Assembly (NCBI GenBank): GCA_020891255.1
Contig: BQFW01000007.1
Span: 62,001 to 126,000, forward strand
DNA from: Entomortierella parvispora E1425
Taxonomy: Eukaryota; Fungi; Mortierellomycota
Reading direction: 5' to 3'
Length of the DNA: 64,000 bases
The notes below the pieces were generated by a model. It saw only the letters and a list, made by a program, of their open reading frames with translations. It did not search any database and was not told the origin of the DNA. Positions 57,601 to 64,000 of the stretch are shown here, piece after piece (positions within the stretch are counted from its first letter, which is position 1; each line of letters begins with the position of its first letter). Made by a program: the position numbers and the translations under genes.

Positions 57601-59555
57601 TGTTCCAGTAATGTCAGAGAGATCCCAGATCTGCGCCAACACCGAAGCCGGCAGACGGGAGTTCATGAAAAATTGTCCTGCCTCCTCGCCTATGCGTTAT
57701 TGTTGAAAATAGTAATAAAAATTAGTGTCAATAGCCTCTCTGGTTTGGACCTGTTGTACCAGTTGCACTTCCTTGTTCTTACCTCCAATAAGGCCGTCTC
57801 GATCCGTATCCAGCTTGTCAAAGAACCGATCAAACTTTGCTTTTTCGTCTGCAGAGATATCCCAAGGCGCTTCGGTCGACAAAGAGGAAGCTCCGAAAAT
57901 GTTGGCTCCTCCTGTGTTCTGCTTAGCCAAAGGGCTAGATGTCATGCTGACAGAGCCCGTCATCTGGCGCACCACCATTGGGTTGTGAATACCCATGTTA
58001 TTGCCGGTGCTTTGGCGGGGAATGGGCTGAGAGCTCATGACTGGGGATGCCATCAGTGTAGACGCAGATCCTGGACCAGCACAAGCTTTCAAGATGGAAG
58101 GAGGGAGGGTTAAAGGCAAAGATTTGATAGATCCATCCATTGTGTGCTGGATGTAGTACATGGCGATGGTAAAGTCGGTGATGTCCAGCGATCCTCTCTG
58201 CTTGGTATCTGCCAATGACCTGCATGTGTGGAAAAAGCGCGTCGAGAGGAGTTTAGAATATGATAATTACCAATTATCGGGCTTTTGGGCTCTGCATCGT
58301 TGGAATGACTTACCAAATCTGGCTCAACTTGTCAACCGGAAGCTTGGACTTCAAGAAAACTTCACGAGCTTTGTCGCCGTCGAGGAGTCCATTGTTGGGT
58401 CCACACGCCATGAACATGCCGCCGTATTTGGTTCGGTCTTCGTTGGTAACCGCCGGCTCTGAACCTGTCAGGTGCGCTGTGACAGGAGCAGCAGAGCTGA
58501 TCACTGGCGAATCCGTTTGTGCGGGGCCAGTCAGACCTTCAAAGCGAGGGAGTGGAGCATCTAGGAGGAGAAGGAGAGATCAAACGAACCAAATTAGGTG
58601 CTGTGGGTTTAGACAAGGAGATCCATGCATATCCTCCAAGCTCTCGTTTCTAAGCGTTACCTGTGTTGATTAAGGAAAGCGAGGGTGTCTTTCCATTTTG
58701 AACATGGGCAATCAATTTGACGGCAATAGAGAATCCTTGCTGTCCTAAAACGCCCTTGTCCTCGCTGTCAGCAAGAAGCCAGATCTAGAAACGACAAAGA
58801 ATGCATGGAAGGGTCAGTAAGTTGGATATATGTCGATGATCCAGGAACAGATACTTCGGAGGTGTGTATAAATAAAGTGAAGGGATAACAAGAGCACAAA
58901 GACGACACCAAACGAGAGCAACGCAGGCGTTGTGTTTCTGGCTCATGAGCTCTGAAGGAAAACAGTGATGGGATTGATTGCGTTCTTGTACGATAAACTC
59001 AACAGCCGTGGGCATTTTTCTGTATCCAGTGTCGACAAGTTTGTTTGTCTGTTTCCATCTTTTTTTTTTTTTTTTTTTTTTTTTGATGGCTGCTACTGCT
59101 CTCCCCGTGCGGTGAAGATGATAGGATAAGTGTGCCAGTGAATAGCTCTGTCAAGACTGCAGTGTCGAGATGTCTTCTCCTGGACTGTACTACTGTTGTG
59201 TAGTTTGGTTATGGCTATTACCTGACCCAAGACTTGAGGAGACAGTCCACTCTTCGCAAGGAAAGGCACTGCGTCTGCGCCAGTAATGAAGCCACTGTTG
59301 TCCTTGTCAGCAGCAGCCCACAGCTGTCCATATACTTGCTTCTCACGAGCAGACAGTATGATGTCCACTGGCGCAGTTCGAGGAAAGTTATCATGTTAGC
59401 ATTCCCAAACTAAACCCCCTGAGTCTTCAATGTCAACCGCCGCAATGCAAGATGGAAAAGGAGGCAGTTAATGCCCACTTCAGGGCTAGCTGATTACCTC
59501 GACGACGGACAGTTCCGGTGCCGTCGCGGGAGATGGGACTTCCGAATGAAGCCAT
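54693..59555 (-). CDS. EDE1: Ede1/Eps15 endocytic scaffold: 3 EH domains, coiled coil, acidic/Pro-rich region, C-terminal UBA (multi-exon)
   Basis: Probable exon 1 MASFGSPISRDGTGTVRRR|VDIILSAREKQVYGQLW; EH cores LGQ|IWLLAD, LSQIW|..LAD and LAQIWDLSD..DEFAVAMFLI; long heptad region; UBA VDELINMGFSRQQANDALSRYDTVERAANFLL. Confidence 0.92.
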
Positions 59556-59929
59556 TTGTGCAAATGAGTTTGACCAAGGAAGACTGTGTGACGTGTGGAA
59601 TTAGAAGGGGGGGGAGGTGATGAGGCGCGTGGATGAAAGGAATGCGAGTAAAGGATGACGGGCGGGCTGGAGAGAGTGGCCAGGAAAAGAGAAGACGGAG
59701 GAGACGGGGGGGATAGGGAGAACAAGAGGGAGAAGGGGAGAAGAGGGGGAGCGGGTTGAATGATGTGAAGGGAGAGGAGGCGAATGAATGAAGAAAAAGA
59801 AAAAAAGACGAGAAAGGAACCCAAACCAAGGGACACAAAAAATGACGAACAAAGAAAAGAGCGTTCGCCCGTTTGTTTCGCCCGTTCATTTTCACTGAGG
59901 GCTGTTTCGTTTTGCCGGGCTCGCTGACG

Positions 59930-60076
59930 GGCTGGCTGGCTGGCTGGCTGGTGGCTGGCTTGGCTTTTGCGGGCAGGGACAGGGGGCGCGTCTGTGTCGG
60001 TCTGTCCAAGTTCCTGTTTCTGCTGCCAGTCTGTCCGTCTGTCCGTCTGTCCGTCTGTCCGTCTGTCCGTCTGTCA
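59930..60076. repeat. (GGCT)n and (CTGTCCGT)n simple repeats in the divergent EDE1/STE14 promoter
   Basis: gggctggctggctggctggctgg and gtctgtccgtctgtccgtctgtccgtctgtccgtctgtc. Confidence 0.85.
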
Positions 60077-60146
60077 GCAGGTTGAGTTGCTGGGAGGTCT
60101 TGCCCATGCCAGCCATGTGTTCATGGCATCAAGGCACAAGCGCACA

Positions 60147-60153
60147 TCACGTG
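60147..60153. promoter_or_regulatory. TCACGTG E-box in the divergent EDE1/STE14 promoter
   Basis: Exact TCACGTG about 95 bp upstream of the STE14 ATG. Function is inferred. Confidence 0.35.
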
Positions 60154-60246
60154 CAGTTGCCACCAACTCATTTCATCCTTTCTTTTCCGCCCTTCCTTTG
60201 CCTCCTCAGCCCTCTTCTCTTCTTCTCCTCACGCGCAACATCCATC

Positions 60247-61425
60247 ATGTCCACTGCACCAGACTCATCCTTTGCCACAGAGCCACTACTGAAACTGGAC
60301 CAGGAGGTGGATCAGGACACATCCACATCTACAACACGCTCATTTGAGCGATCATCCCTCTCGTCTGCTGCTCATGCTCATCTCCAGGGGATCAGCAGTA
60401 CTTCCCATGGTGGACCCAAGGTGCCAGAATCCATCACCGACATTCGACTCTTTGATGGCCAAAACTCACCCCAGAATATTGCTGTCTACGGGTTTGGACT
60501 TGGGGCCTTGTTTGGTGGGAGCATAGTGCTGGCCACTATAGTCAAAACGTCGATCCCCCAGTTCTGGTTGTTCCTGGCCGCACTTGGTGTGTTTCATGCT
60601 CTGGAATATATTGCGATTGCGCTTTTCAACCCCATGAAGCTAAAGCTCGACTGTAAGTCTCCATTTTTCTTGATTGTACAGCCAGCGATAAGAAGGGGGC
60701 GAGGGGTTGCCTTTTGATTGTTTCATTGCAGACCCTTCTGCGCATGTGGCTACGGCTGTGGAGGGAAAGGGACATGCATGGTTGTCCGTTTCGTGGTAAT
60801 TTGTCATTTCTGGCTCTCCATTGCATGAAATTAACGTGTTTATTTTTGCTTTCTAGCTTTTCTACTGAACCATAGCCCGGAATACACTATTGCGACGGCA
60901 AGTGGCATTACAGAGTTCTTGATCGAGCTCTACTTTTTCCCTCAGCTTAAATCTTGGAGTTGGATCAACAAGATTGGTCTGGTCATGGTCATTGTTGGCC
61001 AGATTGCCAGGACTCTGGCCATGTTCTCTGCAAAGTCAAACTTCTCGCACCATGTCGAGTATTATAAGGAGGAGCACCATGTCCTTGTAACAGGCGGGAT
61101 CTATAGGTATGTCTGAAGATGGAATGCCCTTGTCCAATTCTCCTTGGATCTTGCTGTCTAACAGAAATGGTGTTTCTCTGCACAATGACAACATGACAAC
61201 ATTAGTGTGCTGAGACACCCCTCGTACTTTGGATTCTACTACTGGGCATTGGGATCGCAATTGATGATGATGAACCCCGTGTGCTTGATTGGATTTGCTG
61301 GGGCGCTTCACCACTTTTTCTCAGATCGGATCGTATATGAAGAGAAGCTACTGGTGCGTTTCTTTGGCCAGGACTATCGCGATTATCAAGCAAGAACGAG
61401 GACAGGGCTGCCTCTTATCAAATGA
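60247..61425 (+). CDS. STE14: Protein-S-isoprenylcysteine O-methyltransferase (3 exons)
   Basis: LFDGQNSPQNIAVYGFGLG, FHALEYIAIALFNP, GQIARTLAMFSAKSNFSHHV..HVLVTGGIY|..RHPSYFGFYYWALGSQ..RIVYEEKLLVRFFGQDYRDYQARTRTGLPLIK*. Confidence 0.93.
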
Positions 61426-61785
61426 AGGGCTTTTCAATAACAGACAGTTTCTTTCATTTGCTCTGATTTTTGTTCTTCCCAATGGCAATCTGTTAAGGGT
61501 GCAAATTACATTCCGAAGGCGCCTCCTTCTGCCGAGACGACCGCTGGAAGGCAGGAGCACAGAAGAGAGGAGTGAGAAAGAGTGAGAAAATGTTCACCGT
61601 CATTCACCGCCAATCGTTTCCCTCTTGTCTCTTCATTCCGCTGGACAATTCGCATGTGCCCATCCTCCCACCCTTGCAGGTCCCTCTAGTCCACTCTTTT
61701 CTCTCGCTTCCACTTTTCCTTTATTTTTATTCCTTACAGCCCATTTGAATCTTAATTTCCTTCTCTGCTCCCATCCAAACCCATC

Positions 61786-64000
61786 ATGGTGCTTCGTCTC
61801 ACCGCACGCGCCTTGGCCATCACGGCCCTCGTTTCGCCCTTCATCCTCTCTGCTGTTCAGGGCTTTTACCTCCCCGGTGTTGCTCCCACAGAGTACCAGA
61901 AGGGCGATGATGTCAAATTGATGGTCAACGCCCTTACGCCCGGATACAGCCAAGGAACCGTCAAGTCCGTCGTCCCTTATGATTACTACGACAAGGACTT
62001 TAACTTTTGTGAACCCCTCGAGGGTGAAAAGTCCCAGGCAGAATCCCTGGGAAGCATCCTCTTTGGCGACAGAATCTGGACCTCGCCCTTCAAGGTAAGG
62101 ATGTCTGCCCCTCTCCATCTTGTCGAGATGAAGTTTTCATTTCAAACTTGCTCGCTCAATCTTTTGGTTTCTCTGTCGCATGATCATTCCACCTGATTCA
62201 CCAACTTTTCCCACCCCTTCCAATATGTTGTTATTGATAGCTCTCCATGCTCGAGCCAGTAAAGTGTAGGCGTCTTTGCAACAAGAGTATCGAGAAGAAC
62301 CAAGCTAAATTTATCAATGCCAGGATCAAGGAGAACTACATGGTCAACTGGCTGGTGGACGGTTTGCCTGTTGGTAATGTGATCCCCAGAGAGAATGGCG
62401 TCGATGAGTACACGATCGGCTTCCCGTTGGGCCGTGATGAGGTCAATGTCGGACAGGTCTTGAACAACCATTACAACATCAAGGTCGACTATCACTACAA
62501 CGAAAACAAGCAGTCTTTCCGAGTCGTTGGAATCGAGGTCTCCGCTGAAAGGTATGTGCTTTTTCCTTTTCTCTGGGTGAAGAACGCCCATTTCTTGTTT
62601 AGGTCGCACAAAAAAATACCAAAAAAAAAAAAAAAATCAGGGCTGGAAAACCGTTCTTCCTACCTCTAAAGAGCACAGCCGCGCCCGCATGTTCGACGAC
62701 AGGACTAAATGTCAAGGGCGCGGACCCTGCGCTATTTATGGACAATCTACGACAGCAGAGATTCTGGCGACCAATTTTTGAGTGTATGCCAGAGGACCCT
62801 TCACTCACGTTTTATTCTGGCCAATAGTATCTCGCGCCAAGTGTTTGACCAAGAGGAGTGTGGCACTTTGGAGCAGGATCAAACGACCGCCGTGGTCCTG
62901 AATGAGAATGCTGCCACCCCAGTTGATTACTCGTACTCTGTCAGCTGGAGTGTAAGTAGTCCTTGCTCGTTTGAATGGTATTTTAGCGATGTTCAGGTTC
63001 TGATGCATAGTTTTTATACGATATTAGGAGGTTCCCACGGCCTGGGCTACCCGCTGGGATAAGTACTTGCTTGTGGGTGAACCCAGAATTCACTGGTTCT
63101 CTCTGGTGAACTCGATCATCATTGTTCTCTTCTTGACCGGCATGGTAGCTATGATCCTCCTCAGAGCTCTTCACAAGGACATTTCGCGCTACAACCAATT
63201 GGATGCTCAGGAAGACATTCAGGAGGATTTCGGCTGGAAGTTGGTTCACGGCGATGTTTTCAGAACTCCTGCCTACCCCATGTTGTTGTCCATCATTGTC
63301 GGAAATGGAGCCCAGATGTTCCTCATGGCTGCTGTCACCATTGTCTTTGCTGCTTTGGGATTCCTCTCTCCTTCCAACCGCGGTTCTTTGGCGACTGTGA
63401 TGATTGTCTTTTACATGTTCTTTGGCATCGTGGCAGGATTCATCTCGGCTCGTATGTACAAGATGTTTGGCGGAGAGGCCTGGAAGTTGAATGTTTTTGG
63501 AACTGCCTTCTTGTTCCCTTCGTAAGTTGTGGTAGAAAGGATAATGAGCTGGTTGACGATTTTGTTTTTAGATATGTTGAATCTAACCGCAGATTTTTTT
63601 CACTGGTAAAACTATAGGATTATCTTTGGCACATTCTTGGCGCTCAACTTTTTCTTGATCAGTGCCGAGTCTTCGGGTGCGGTTCCCTTTGGAACGATGC
63701 TCGGCGTTGTCGCTCTGTGGTTCTTGGTATCGACTCCTCTGTCCGTGATTGGATCCTACATGGGATTCCAGCGTCCCAAGATTGAGCACCCTGTTCGTGC
63801 CAACCAGATCCCTCGCCAGATCCCTGATCAGGTCTTTTACCTCCGTCCTTTCCCCTCCATGTTGATTGGAGGAATCTTGCCTTTTGGCGCGATTTTTATC
63901 GAGCTTTACTTTATCCTTAGCTCGATCTGGTTCCACAAGATTTACTATGTCTTTGGTTTCCTGTTCCTGGTCTTTGGCATCTTGATCATGACCTGCGCTG
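61786..64000 (+). CDS. TMN1: Nonaspanin TM9SF/EMP70 family protein, 3' end outside the window
   Basis: FYLPGVAPTEY, ESLGSILFGDRI, NWLVDGLP, IHWFSLVNS, LRALHKDISRYN..EDFGWKLVHGDVFR, PSNRGSL and PVRANQIPRQIP..GGILPFGAIFIELYFI. Confidence 0.93.

Noticed and set aside
1-64000. tRNA/rRNA genes, CRISPR arrays, intact transposons
   Set aside because: No cloverleaf or T-loop context for the few GTTCGA hits, no rRNA-like sequence, no repeat-spacer array, and no transposase, RT or integrase ORF seen.

Overview
Intron-rich fungal DNA (GT-AG introns, CTAA(C/T) branch points). Gene content and style suggest an early-diverging fungus, probably Mortierellaceae; this is inference. The left third holds RAD16, a very-long-chain 3-oxoacyl-CoA reductase, a divergent pair of decayed pseudogenes (glutamate decarboxylase, methylmalonate-semialdehyde dehydrogenase-like), a SconB/Met30 F-box WD40 gene, O6-methylguanine methyltransferase and NUFIP1/Rsa1. 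The right end holds EDE1, STE14 and a partial TM9SF/EMP70 gene. The dominant feature is a ~31 kb tandem array (23166-54537) of 11 related genes, K1-K11, for receptor-like type I membrane proteins: signal peptide, kelch-like beta-propeller ectodomain, Ser/Thr stalk, one TM helix and a long disordered tail. Eight splice into intact frames by hand and three are pseudogenes. Most tails share an SPQ...RSPQQxGPGxETSPAAWMxxMN motif, and six end in a short coiled coil (KKLxLMKAQHELxxExxRLEQE). The array shows birth-and-death evolution: an internal deletion, intron gains and losses, a likely gene-conversion tract and conserved upstream motifs. It is bracketed by two inward-pointing EH-domain genes, EDE1 and a derived paralog that shares three intron positions with it and carries a novel [ND]PxxY repeat tail. 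All family assignments come from motif recognition by eye; no database searches were run.
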